Position numbers and translations under genes: made by a program. DNA of 32,000 nt from Promethearchaeia archaeon. GTDB taxonomy: Archaea > Asgardarchaeota > Lokiarchaeia > Sigyniarchaeales > SOKP01. Of this stretch, positions 23,724 through 32,000 are shown piece by piece. Location: assembly GCA_046497275.1 (NCBI GenBank), contig JAWOFX010000078.1, positions 37,696 through 69,695 on the forward strand, given 5' to 3'. The notes beneath the pieces were generated by a model that was given only the letters and a program-made list of their open reading frames with translations, did no database searches and was not told the DNA's origin. Every line of letters begins with the position of its first letter. Within the stretch, counting starts at the first letter, position 1.

Positions 23724-24261
23724 AATAAACGAATTATCAATTTTAATGAATTTATTAAGCAAAAAAGTAAATAAATACCAAATTGGAGCTACTAAAACTC
23801 AAATTTTGAGTTTTCTTAATTTAGATCCTAAGAAACACAATCATTATTTTCAAGAACTTATTGTTCAATTATCAAATTATATTAAACTCTTAGGACTTTA
23901 TATTAGATTTAATCCAATAGATAATCACTGGTATATTGGATACGATTTTATAACTTCTAATTTATTATCAGCTAATCCCTTCGAAGATAAACCGAAATTA
24001 GCTGCCACATTGTTCTGTGTCTTAGTTTGTTGTTTAACTAATACAGGAAGCTCAAAAATAAACGAAATCAAGGATTTGAGGAATAAAAAAGGAGTCGTTA
24101 AAGATCTTAAAGATTTAGAGGAAATGGGATATATAAAGATTAATGAAAAATTGAATGAGGTTAGCCTCACTCCTTTAGTAGGATATCAATTAGATATTCA
24201 AAAGTTGTTTACTAAATTAACTTTGAAATTAAAAAAAGATAAGGAAGCCGGAAAAGAATAA
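23713..24261 (+). CDS. scpB: Kite subunit (ScpB/Nse1/Nse3-like tandem wHTH)
   Basis: Overlaps the kleisin gene; size and patterns fit tandem winged helices (GLYIRFNPIDNHWYI; AATLFCVL...LKDLEEMGYIKI...VSLTP). Confidence 0.65.
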   Translation: MVIKINELSILMNLLSKKVNKYQIGATKTQILSFLNLDPKKHNHYFQELIVQLSNYIKLLGLYIRFNPIDNHWYIGYDFITSNLLSANPFEDKPKLAATLFCVLVCCLTNTGSSKINEIKDLRNKKGVVKDLKDLEEMGYIKINEKLNEVSLTPLVGYQLDIQKLFTKLTLKLKKDKEAGKE

Positions 24262-24346
24262 AAAGAGAGATTTGTAAAATTATAAATGATGTGATATAAT
24301 TGAAAGAATCGAAAAAGAAAAAATTTAAGGAAATCTTTTATTCATC

Positions 24347-24529
24347 TTGGGAAAGGATGGAAAAAATTTTTTAGTAGTAATAGTTATTGGGTTCATTTTC
24401 TTCCTTATCTTTATGGGAAACGATGAGATATTAAAGATCATAGGATATGTATGTTTATCCATGATATTAGCAATTATAATCCTTTCTATAATAGGAACAA
24501 TAATTAGTAAAAGAGAAAAGGAAGAATAA
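24347..24529 (+). CDS. Small two-TM membrane protein
   Basis: 60 aa, two hydrophobic helices, TTG start. Confidence 0.55.
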   Translation: MGKDGKNFLVVIVIGFIFFLIFMGNDEILKIIGYVCLSMILAIIILSIIGTIISKREKEE

Positions 24530-24621
24530 GAATAGCAATCTTTAATGTTTTATATTAAAAAATGAAGAAAGATAAAAAATTGAAATAATGTATTAAGTTT
24601 CCTACTATAGAATGAAATCAT

Positions 24622-25275
24622 TTATTTTACAGAAATTTTTAACATCATTTCAGCCACGTGGTCATTATAAGTCTGAACATCTTCAAATCCTTCTATTTGC
24701 TCTGCGCATGTGATAAAGAATTCTCTCACATTGATTTTTCTCTTCCCAAAGAATTCTCTTATTTCATCCTTTAATTCTTCCAGTTTTTCAGTTCTATTAG
24801 GATCATCTTTCAATAAATCGAGTTTATTTATAGCAACATGAATATTATCGGGAAAGAATCTGACATCATTAAAAAAGTTAAATTGCTTTTCTATATCTCT
24901 ATCAAGTGCAAAAACAGCTATGATTTCAGTTGCAATTCGACTTATGGTTATTACACCCATTTTTACGACTGCTCTTCCTGTATCCCCCCCTGGAGCAAAT
25001 ATTGTGTGTGCCTTGTTTGTATCTTCTTCACGAAAGACTACTCTATTGGGGTGAATCGTTTTTGTCTCTTTTTCATTTAATTTATTTTCTTTATTTCCCC
25101 CTGGGAGGGTAGCTTCTCCAGAGAAATCTGTTTTCACCACGATACATTTTTTTCCTCCTTCAACATTTTCAATCTGACCTTTATTAAGATATTTAACAAA
25201 CATGCGCAATATAGAGGTTTTTCCGACTGAGACATCCCCTAGTAATCCTATGTTTACCATCTGCCTTGCCTCCAA
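24622..25275 (-). CDS. Divergent Ras-superfamily small GTPase
   Basis: G1 GDVSVGKTS, G2-like TKTIHPN, G3 FAPGG (no Asp), G4 INKLD, G5 CAE. The start may be ATG at 25260. Confidence 0.85.
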   Translation of the reverse strand: MEARQMVNIGLLGDVSVGKTSILRMFVKYLNKGQIENVEGGKKCIVVKTDFSGEATLPGGNKENKLNEKETKTIHPNRVVFREEDTNKAHTIFAPGGDTGRAVVKMGVITISRIATEIIAVFALDRDIEKQFNFFNDVRFFPDNIHVAINKLDLLKDDPNRTEKLEELKDEIREFFGKRKINVREFFITCAEQIEGFEDVQTYNDHVAEMMLKISVK

Positions 25276-25309
25276 TGGTTTTTAATTAATAGTTGATTCA
25301 ATTTTCTCA

Positions 25310-26137
25310 TTATAACTCATCTCCGAGAAGTTTTCTTAATAATGTTTCATAATCCTCAATAAGAAATTGTTCAAGATACGCATTGTTATGGGCGAGAATA
25401 AGACTGATAAGTACTTCCTTCAAGTTCTTAGCCTTTTTGGAATAATTAATAATATTCTCTGGAGTGACTTCCCTATCGAATTCTCTTGTAGCTTCTTCGA
25501 ACCCAAAATTCTCTCGAGGAGGTAATGAATCGAAAAAACCGAATGCTGTATATCCTTCATATTGAAAGAATACAAAGAACCTTGATTTGATCGATTTGAT
25601 AATATTTGAGAGATATACTGAGGGATATAATTCTCCCAAAATGAGATCATCATCTTGCTGGATTACAAAATAAGGTGAGATGGGAGATACTTGCTTTCCA
25701 TACATTTCTTTTGGAGGTAAGGAAATAAAAGGTAGCTTCTCGGATATTATAGCCCATAAATCATCACGCTTCTTTTCTAATAATATATCTTTTACTTCTT
25801 GGTATGCATAATAAAAATCAGATTGAAGCGAAAGAAGAGAACTAAGGTATACGGATAAAGAAGCAAAAGTAGCTTCTAAAAGCGGTCTCCTACCACTATC
25901 TTTTGCTGATGGCTTTGCTGCTCCCTTCCAGGCTCTCAAAGCCGAATATGCAAATCCTTGCACATCAAAGAAGCCTCCAGAAAGAAATATAAAGGAAGGT
26001 GACTCACCTTCTTCATCTGTAAGAATTTCATCTGCCTTTTCTGTTAGAGCATCCTCAAGATTATCAACATTATATTCAGAATGCACTTTTGGCATAATAA
26101 GCCATTTATTGTCTTTTTTCGCCAAGATGAAACACAA
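25310..26137 (-). CDS. Hypothetical protein upstream of the GTPase
   Basis: 275 aa soluble ORF, 34 nt from the GTPase gene on the same strand; start uncertain. Confidence 0.7.
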   Translation of the reverse strand: MCFILAKKDNKWLIMPKVHSEYNVDNLEDALTEKADEILTDEEGESPSFIFLSGGFFDVQGFAYSALRAWKGAAKPSAKDSGRRPLLEATFASLSVYLSSLLSLQSDFYYAYQEVKDILLEKKRDDLWAIISEKLPFISLPPKEMYGKQVSPISPYFVIQQDDDLILGELYPSVYLSNIIKSIKSRFFVFFQYEGYTAFGFFDSLPPRENFGFEEATREFDREVTPENIINYSKKAKNLKEVLISLILAHNNAYLEQFLIEDYETLLRKLLGDEL

Positions 26138-26477
26138 CTTTTCAATGATATTAATTAGTGAAATTTCAAATTAAATAATATTTACTTTTTTTAAAAGCAA
26201 TTGTATTATTTTCATTAAACAAATACTATATAAGAAGTATAATAGTAACTCTACTTAAATTTTTTTATCATTTCTCATAGAATAATTGATTGATATTAGT
26301 CAATTTTTTTTAATTCTGAACCATAAAAGATTTTATAATATTAATCCAAGACTGAAAACCATCTAAAAAAATTATTTTATTTTTCTCTGTAATTTTGTTG
26401 ATAATACAATATTACAAAATTTTAAATATTTAAATTAAATCTAAAATATCTATCCGAATTTATTTAAAAAGTGATAA

Positions 26478-27140
26478 ATGAGAATGAAAAAAAGTAAAAT
26501 TTTTATTATTTTCATTATAATCGGTCTTATCTTAGCATTCGTAATTGGCCCTATATTTGGGACAACTCTTTCAAAAATTACAAATGATAGCGGAACACAA
26601 ACAATTTCCGAGGAGAGTGATAGCCATTTTGCAGAGCGTTATGCACAACCATTTAGACTTAAAAAAGACCAAACATGTTATATCAGATTTTCAAATTTTT
26701 ATCCAAATATTACCGTTGAACTTATAATCCTTACTAAAAACAGTTATCATACCTACTATGAATCAAATGGCACCTCACCAGACACAGGATTAACTTTCAT
26801 TCTATTAGATAATGATTTGGGAGAGGAATATTATAATACTCTTTATTACTCATTAACTTCATACAACATACCTCCATCTGGAGGAACTTATGGTAATAAT
26901 GTAAGAATTGAATTTCGTGGAAACGGGATATCATCCTGGCCAGGAGAATATTATATTGTTGTGGAGGGGTTTAATTCTTACGGTGAAAATGACGAAGTCA
27001 AATTTGATATAAATGTAGCGGTTGATGGTCCTGGTGACACTGTACAGAATATAATGATGATAATTGGAATTATAATAGTAGCAATCGTAGCAGTTATATG
27101 GGTTTATTCTATTCTTAAACCAAAGGAGGGTGAAAGATAA
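26478..27140 (+). CDS. Membrane protein with N- and C-terminal TM helices and a beta-rich external domain
   Basis: Hydrophobic termini flanking a Tyr/Thr/Gly-rich domain; GTGA upstream. Confidence 0.7.
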   Translation: MRMKKSKIFIIFIIIGLILAFVIGPIFGTTLSKITNDSGTQTISEESDSHFAERYAQPFRLKKDQTCYIRFSNFYPNITVELIILTKNSYHTYYESNGTSPDTGLTFILLDNDLGEEYYNTLYYSLTSYNIPPSGGTYGNNVRIEFRGNGISSWPGEYYIVVEGFNSYGENDEVKFDINVAVDGPGDTVQNIMMIIGIIIVAIVAVIWVYSILKPKEGER

Positions 27141-27602
27141 ATGGCGAGAAATAGGCTATTAAATGAGATGTTAAATTTAGATAAAAGTAAAGCGATGAAA
27201 TTCATCATTTATGGGTTGATTGTAGCGGTCATTTTCGGAACAATTATGATGATAAGTAGATCTATAGATTATAATGCTAGTTCATGGTATAATTTAGTAA
27301 ATGAGCAAAATTTACAGAACTATAACGCAGGAGTATATGGTTATACAGAATATCTTAAAAGATCAGAGAAAATACAATTAATATACCGTTGGATGGACTT
27401 TCAAGATGTTATTTTTATCAATATAGCTAGATTAGGTGTCAATATTTCTCTTATATTTATAGCGGTTGGATTTCTTAGTTTAGGAGTTAACCCTGGATTA
27501 GATGAAAACACAAGAAAAATATGCATAATATTGGGCGGTATAATACTAATTGTCCTAATGTTGACAACATTTTTTACCAATATCTCAATAACTGTTTCCT
27601 AA
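27141..27602 (+). CDS. Three-TM membrane protein
   Basis: ATG directly follows the previous TAA; GGAGGGTG upstream. Confidence 0.7.
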   Translation: MARNRLLNEMLNLDKSKAMKFIIYGLIVAVIFGTIMMISRSIDYNASSWYNLVNEQNLQNYNAGVYGYTEYLKRSEKIQLIYRWMDFQDVIFINIARLGVNISLIFIAVGFLSLGVNPGLDENTRKICIILGGIILIVLMLTTFFTNISITVS

Positions 27603-27713
27603 TCTATTAATTTTAAAATTTTTTTTTATATTTTTAAAAAATTAGATTAATTTAGATATAACAATTTTAAGTAAGTTTTGACTTTTTAAGATATTGGGAT
27701 TTGATAAAATAAG

Positions 27714-28313
27714 TTAATTTTTTGAAAGTAATTCTTGAATTTTCTCAGTTATTAAATCATAATTATTAATAGATTTTAAATTATTTACTAAAATCCTTTC
27801 AATAATATCAGTTTCCTTATAATATTGATATTTAAGCTCCAATTCAGGATTTTGTTCTTTAATTTCTATTAATGCTCCTTTCAGAAAAGTCTTAATAAAT
27901 TTTTCCGAAGTCTCTTGAATTTGTAATTCTTCGGGATGTAAAAATTTAATTTCTAACTTATTCATATCTATTAAATTCAAAATAGCAATCAATTGTTCTT
28001 CGTCATTTCTTCGGCGGAAAACTTTTCTCTTGATTTTAGTACCCTTCATTTTTTCTTGAGGAACATCTTCTGAAAAGTAATTTTTCGTGGAAGTCTCAGT
28101 TTCTGGGTTTGAAGTTTCTGTTAAAATTTCATCTGCACTCTGAAAGGATTTATCTGATATAATCGAATTAAGATAATTTAATAATTCTCTCATCTCTTCA
28201 ATTTCATCCTCTAATTCTTCAAGTTGGTCTTTTTTCCTATAATAGAGATCTCGAACTGTAGAGAGAATTTTTGCCAATTTTTCCATTTCCCTATTTTTTT
28301 CTTTGGGTAGCAT
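27714..28313 (-). CDS. Hypothetical protein with N-terminal coiled coil
   Basis: Heptad-rich KKDQLEELEDEIEEMRELLNYLNSII, then a mixed alpha/beta domain. Confidence 0.7.
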   Translation of the reverse strand: MLPKEKNREMEKLAKILSTVRDLYYRKKDQLEELEDEIEEMRELLNYLNSIISDKSFQSADEILTETSNPETETSTKNYFSEDVPQEKMKGTKIKRKVFRRRNDEEQLIAILNLIDMNKLEIKFLHPEELQIQETSEKFIKTFLKGALIEIKEQNPELELKYQYYKETDIIERILVNNLKSINNYDLITEKIQELLSKN

Positions 28314-28414
28314 TATCTTTGTATATCTTTTAATTCAAATTAAAATTTATTTACTTAAAAAAATACACTTATTACCAAATAAGTAATTTATCAATATTAA
28401 CGTGCGATGATTCT

Positions 28415-29284
28415 ATGAAAAACCATACAATGATTATAACTCCGAAGCCCGAAGATCCCGAGGTTCAACTCTTAACCCTTGAATTAGAGGAAAGAGGATA
28501 TAATGTAGATCATTTTATACCAGAAAAAATAAGAGCAAATATTTTTAATTTTCATGAGCGATTTTCCGATCTAAATCCAAGAGGTGCATTAGTGAGAGGT
28601 TTTGGGGCTGCATCTACTCAAAGGATCTTTTTTCGCCTGGATTTACTTAGTGCAATGGAAGAATTAGGGATTAGATTGATTAATTCACGTCAATCATTAG
28701 AAATTGCCAGCGATAAATTTCTCTCATCCATATTCTTAAAAAATAATGGTATTAAAACGCCAGAGACAATCATATGCGAGGATCCACAAGATGCATTAAA
28801 AGGTTTTGAAGAACTTGGAGGTGATGTTATACTCAAACCTTTATATGGATCAAAAGGGATTGGGATCACACGATTAAATGATAAAGCATTTGCCGAAAAC
28901 GTTATTTATGCTTTGGGAGAACTTAATGAAGTTTTTTATCTTCAAAAATTTGTTCATCATAACAATAGAGACATCCGCGTGCTTGTATTAGGTGATATAG
29001 CAGTAGCCGGAATGTATCGAGTAAGCGATAATTGGAAAACTAATATATATGCGGGAGCTAAAATGAAACCAATAGAATTAACAGAAGAACTGAAAGATCT
29101 TTCAATCAGAGCTGCCAAAGCCGTAAAAACAGAAATTGCAGGAGTAGATATAATTGAAAGTGAAAATGGATATCAAGTGCTTGAAGTCAATTCAATCCCT
29201 GGATTTACTGCCCTTCAAAAAGTCACAGATATAAATTTAACCGAAAAAATAATTGATTACTTCTTAGAAAATATCTCAAAATAA
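28415..29284 (+). CDS. RimK/LysX/MptN/CofF family ATP-grasp alpha-L-glutamate ligase
   Basis: INS..SLEIASDK, GIKTPET, VILKPLYGSKGIGI, YLQKFV, RDIRVLV, WKTN, AGVDIIE, LEVNSIPGF. Confidence 0.92.
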   Translation: MKNHTMIITPKPEDPEVQLLTLELEERGYNVDHFIPEKIRANIFNFHERFSDLNPRGALVRGFGAASTQRIFFRLDLLSAMEELGIRLINSRQSLEIASDKFLSSIFLKNNGIKTPETIICEDPQDALKGFEELGGDVILKPLYGSKGIGITRLNDKAFAENVIYALGELNEVFYLQKFVHHNNRDIRVLVLGDIAVAGMYRVSDNWKTNIYAGAKMKPIELTEELKDLSIRAAKAVKTEIAGVDIIESENGYQVLEVNSIPGFTALQKVTDINLTEKIIDYFLENISK

Positions 29285-29345
29285 ATATAATCAGTTAAAA
29301 ATGTTTTAAAAAAGGAATAAAAAAAATTAGTTAAATAAAATTTCT

Positions 29346-29720
29346 TTATAATTCATCGATTATTCCTATAATTGCTGCTATAATAAGAAGTGCGCACGCC
29401 CAGATTCCTCCTGAAAATACGAGAATGAGAACACCGAGAATAAAGATAAGGAGCCAATGAAAGGGAATTGGATTATCGGGTTTAATTACTGATAAAATAG
29501 CGATAAAACAAATAATTATTCCAACTATCCCAATTACAATAAGACCGGCTAGTTCTCCAAATTGGATACCAGGATAAACTGGATATAAATCAATCGAAGG
29601 AAGACCGAATGCAGCGGCTATTCTAAGGATAATCGTGGCAATCCCCACTAGAGCGCCTACTATCACCAAGAATTTCATTATTCCTTCATGTCTATAATGT
29701 TTTCGAGCCATTTTTATCAC
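29346..29720 (-). CDS. Four-TM membrane protein
   Basis: Strongly hydrophobic 124 aa; the start may be ATG (MARKH...). Confidence 0.7.
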   Translation of the reverse strand: MIKMARKHYRHEGIMKFLVIVGALVGIATIILRIAAAFGLPSIDLYPVYPGIQFGELAGLIVIGIVGIIICFIAILSVIKPDNPIPFHWLLIFILGVLILVFSGGIWACALLIIAAIIGIIDEL

Positions 29721-29826
29721 TTTTTTTATATTAGTTTTTTAATTATAATGAGTATTTAATATTTACCGTCAAGAAATTTAAATCTTATTTATTAAAATAA
29801 TATACTGAAAAATTAATAATCGAGTT

Positions 29827-30384
29827 TTATTTATCATAGAGTTCACTGTTGATTCTTGGTAATAAAGCACAAATTACTGCTTCCTTTAAGATATCTATTC
29901 TTGTGATCTCATTTCTACTAAGATATCCAATTGCCCCCTTTTCTTTTTTAAGATTTTCATTATGAGCTAATTTTCCCATAATATACCCGATTTCTTGATT
30001 TTCTGAAAAAACTTTTTCAATAACGGATTTGGGATATTCAAAAGCAATCCCAGAACCTATAGTGATCTCTTTCTTTTCATCCATTATAATGCAAAACTGA
30101 AAATCCATAAAATTCGTTTTAGCCATTGGTATTTCACAGAGCCCCGCTTCAATACCAATTCCAAAATTTGGAGATGTCAATTTTCTATTTTCGATTAAAT
30201 AAATTAAGGCTTTTTTTGCTCGATTATATGCCCCTTTCAGAATTTGTTCAAATCCAATAGGTTGATCAGGAACTTCTGAATCTACATTTATATTATAGAG
30301 TTCAAAATTCTCATAATATTTTAGATATGCCAATCTAACAGCATTTTTTTTTACTGGATTTGAAGAACCAACTGCTAAATTCAT
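29827..30384 (-). CDS. yjjX: Inosine/xanthosine triphosphatase (non-canonical purine NTPase)
   Basis: VGSSNPVK, SEVPDQPIG, GAYNRA, GIGIEAG, KGAIGYLS, R.DIL..AVICAL. Confidence 0.93.
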   Translation of the reverse strand: MNLAVGSSNPVKKNAVRLAYLKYYENFELYNINVDSEVPDQPIGFEQILKGAYNRAKKALIYLIENRKLTSPNFGIGIEAGLCEIPMAKTNFMDFQFCIIMDEKKEITIGSGIAFEYPKSVIEKVFSENQEIGYIMGKLAHNENLKKEKGAIGYLSRNEITRIDILKEAVICALLPRINSELYDK

Positions 30385-30403
30385 AATAATATAAGATCTC
30401 CTC

Positions 30404-31021
30404 CTATGTATAGAGTTGAAATAGATTAAGTTTAAATTCCTCTTTTAATATCTGATAAATTTTATTTATCGGTAAACCAAGCACATTAGAATAAGATCCT
30501 TGTATTGAATCGATAAATAAACTTGCTCTTTCCCTTAATGAATATGCTCCTGCTCTTCCAATCCATTCTTGGGTTTTGATATAATTCCAAATCTCTTCAT
30601 TAGATAAACTAAGAAAAGTTACCTCTGTCTTTTCAAAAGCAGTAATAATTTTATTGCTCTCAACTTCCATCAAAGCTATACCTGTGATAAGTTGATGGGT
30701 ATTCCCCATTAATTCCTTAAGTAAGTCAAATGCTTCACGTTGATTTTTTGCTTTTCCGATAATTTCTTGGTTATAGAAAACAATAGTGTCAGCTGCAATA
30801 ATAATTGCTTCCGGATACTTCTTATTGATTTTCATTTTGACAGATAGCGCTTTTTCTTTAGCCAACCTTTTCACTAGTTCGAATGGATCGTTAATTTTAT
30901 TCTTGTATTGTTCTTCATTTATATCAGAGTGAATTGCTATAAATGGAATTTTCACTCTTTTTAGTAATTCCTTTCTATCAATAGATTTTGATGCTAAGAT
31001 TATTTTTTTTAAGACCATCAT
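30404..31021 (-). CDS. maf: Maf family nucleoside triphosphate pyrophosphatase
   Basis: IILASKSIDRKELL, IIAADTIV, IIGK, HQLITG, GRAGAYS, GSYSNVLGLP. Confidence 0.93.
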   Translation of the reverse strand: MMVLKKIILASKSIDRKELLKRVKIPFIAIHSDINEEQYKNKINDPFELVKRLAKEKALSVKMKINKKYPEAIIIAADTIVFYNQEIIGKAKNQREAFDLLKELMGNTHQLITGIALMEVESNKIITAFEKTEVTFLSLSNEEIWNYIKTQEWIGRAGAYSLRERASLFIDSIQGSYSNVLGLPINKIYQILKEEFKLNLFQLYT

Positions 31022-31181
31022 TAAGTAGAGCAGATATTTTGATTTAAAATAAAATAAGCTAGAATCTAAATATAATTAATTATTGTTAAATAATGAAAAA
31101 TGTAAGTAAAACCTAAATAATCTACCAAACCTAAAAATTGATTTTAAAATAGGTAAAGTTTGGTTAATGAAATTTAAATTT

Positions 31182-31475
31182 TTAGCCCCCAAAATAAATA
31201 TATAAAAATGTCAAATCGTCTCCATCCTTTAAAATCTTATCGAGAAATTTCTCGTCCCTAAAATTATGGCCATTTATAATAATTGATAATAAGTCGCTTA
31301 GCTCTCCTCTTTGGTGTTTATGCCAAATAAGCTTTGCAAATTCTTCTCCATATTTATCTGTTAAGAATTCTATTAATTCTTTTAAAGTGACATTTGCTTC
31401 AAATGTCGCCTCTTCTTTTAATTTTTGAGTAAGCTCATTGAAAGGAGGTTCGTAATTTAGCTCAACTGAAATCAT
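31182..31475 (-). CDS. MoaD/ThiS/SAMP/Urm1-type ubiquitin-like protein
   Basis: Beta-grasp pattern (TLKELIEFL..KYG, IIINGHN...LKDGDDLTFL) with C-terminal GG. Confidence 0.85.
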   Translation of the reverse strand: MISVELNYEPPFNELTQKLKEEATFEANVTLKELIEFLTDKYGEEFAKLIWHKHQRGELSDLLSIIINGHNFRDEKFLDKILKDGDDLTFLYIYFGG

Positions 31476-31665
31476 ATTTTCTTATTCTAAAATGCATTAA
31501 TTTAACTCTATATATATGAATTTGAAAATGTTTAAAATATTTTCCTCGATGAATTATAAATCCTCTTAAGGGCTTTTTCCTAATCAAGGTAATTTATTAA
31601 GTTTGTAATAAATAAATTATAAAATCGTAGAGACTGTAATAAAAATATTAAATTTTGGTGATCGA

Positions 31666-31998
31666 ATGGCAAAAGTATTTTTCATTTCAAAAAACAATAT
31701 AAATGATGCGTGGCTAACGGCAATTGGAAAAGTTTTGTATGAAGGTGATGAGATTAAAACCGAATATGATAAAGAAGAAGATCTCCCCTCCAAGGATGCC
31801 ACAGTATTGATCGAAATAAAAGATCCTATGAGCGAGCCAATTAAACGAAGGGATAAAATAATCAAGATTAAATCTAAATTTGGAAATTCTTATGAAGTTT
31901 ATGGCTGTCTCGCAGATACATATCTTATTGGCTCTATTCAGAGTGGTTATATTGAGGAGATTACAGAAGGTATAAATGATCATTTCCTCTATGAATCG
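31666..31998 (+). CDS. thyA: Archaeal thymidylate synthase-like protein, 5' part; runs off the window edge
   Basis: Not in the track. GGTGAT RBS, then MAKVFFISKNNINDAWLTAIGKVLYEGDEIKTEY...SKDATVLIEIKDPMSEP..., resembling archaeal ThyA N-termini; open to the end of the window. Catalytic residues lie outside the window. Confidence 0.65.
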   Translation, partial: MAKVFFISKNNINDAWLTAIGKVLYEGDEIKTEYDKEEDLPSKDATVLIEIKDPMSEPIKRRDKIIKIKSKFGNSYEVYGCLADTYLIGSIQSGYIEEITEGINDHFLYES

Positions 31999-32000
31999 GG

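Noticed and set aside
18316-24261. Wadjet (JetABCD) anti-plasmid system
   Set aside because: No toprim-nuclease JetD gene, the gene order differs, and SMC motifs look SMC5/6-like.
2678-31983. Short track ORFs overlapping real genes: 2678..2968, 6247..6450, 7060..7467, 7567..7782, 8178..8399, 10279..10470, 12892..13110, 13022..13228, 14723..15004, 14943..15239, 16794..16991, 19129..19335, 19604..19915, 20067..20291, 20889..21191, 21804..22046, 23925..24170, 24838..25080, 24930..25112, 25420..25653, 26545..26727, 31617..31865, 31714..31983
   Set aside because: They are antisense or alternate-frame shadows of well-supported genes, with no recognisable motifs and compositions typical of reverse-strand translation.
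1-32000. tRNA, rRNA, CRISPR arrays
   Set aside because: Intergenic regions are short and very AT-rich; I saw no GC-rich structured RNA or regularly spaced repeats by eye (no covariance search run).

Overview
Low-GC, gene-dense chromosomal window from an Asgard archaeon, most likely Lokiarchaeia/Promethearchaeota. The assignment rests on a eukaryote-like actin, a profilin-like domain, an SMC5/6-type complex, a Ras-like GTPase and GGTG/GAGGT ribosome-binding sites. I saw no rRNA, tRNA, CRISPR array or mobile element. Three loci stand out. (1) 12.6-17.3 kb: an arsenic-type Cys-rich cluster (two ArsR, ArsC, DUF5714-like protein, CxC small protein) built around a class I SAM methyltransferase fused to an HgcA-like corrinoid/membrane protein with a variant cap-helix motif (NVWCAARG), followed by an HgcB-like ferredoxin ending in CCC. 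(2) 6.4-9.0 kb: lokiactin followed by a small ORF translationally coupled to a protein with an Asgard-profilin-like N-terminal domain fused to a TrmB-type winged-helix DNA-binding domain. (3) 18.3-24.3 kb: a catalytically degenerate AAA+ protein heading an SMC5/6-like smc-kleisin-kite operon. The remainder is metabolic, house-cleaning and membrane-protein genes. All family assignments come from motif recognition by eye; no searches were run.
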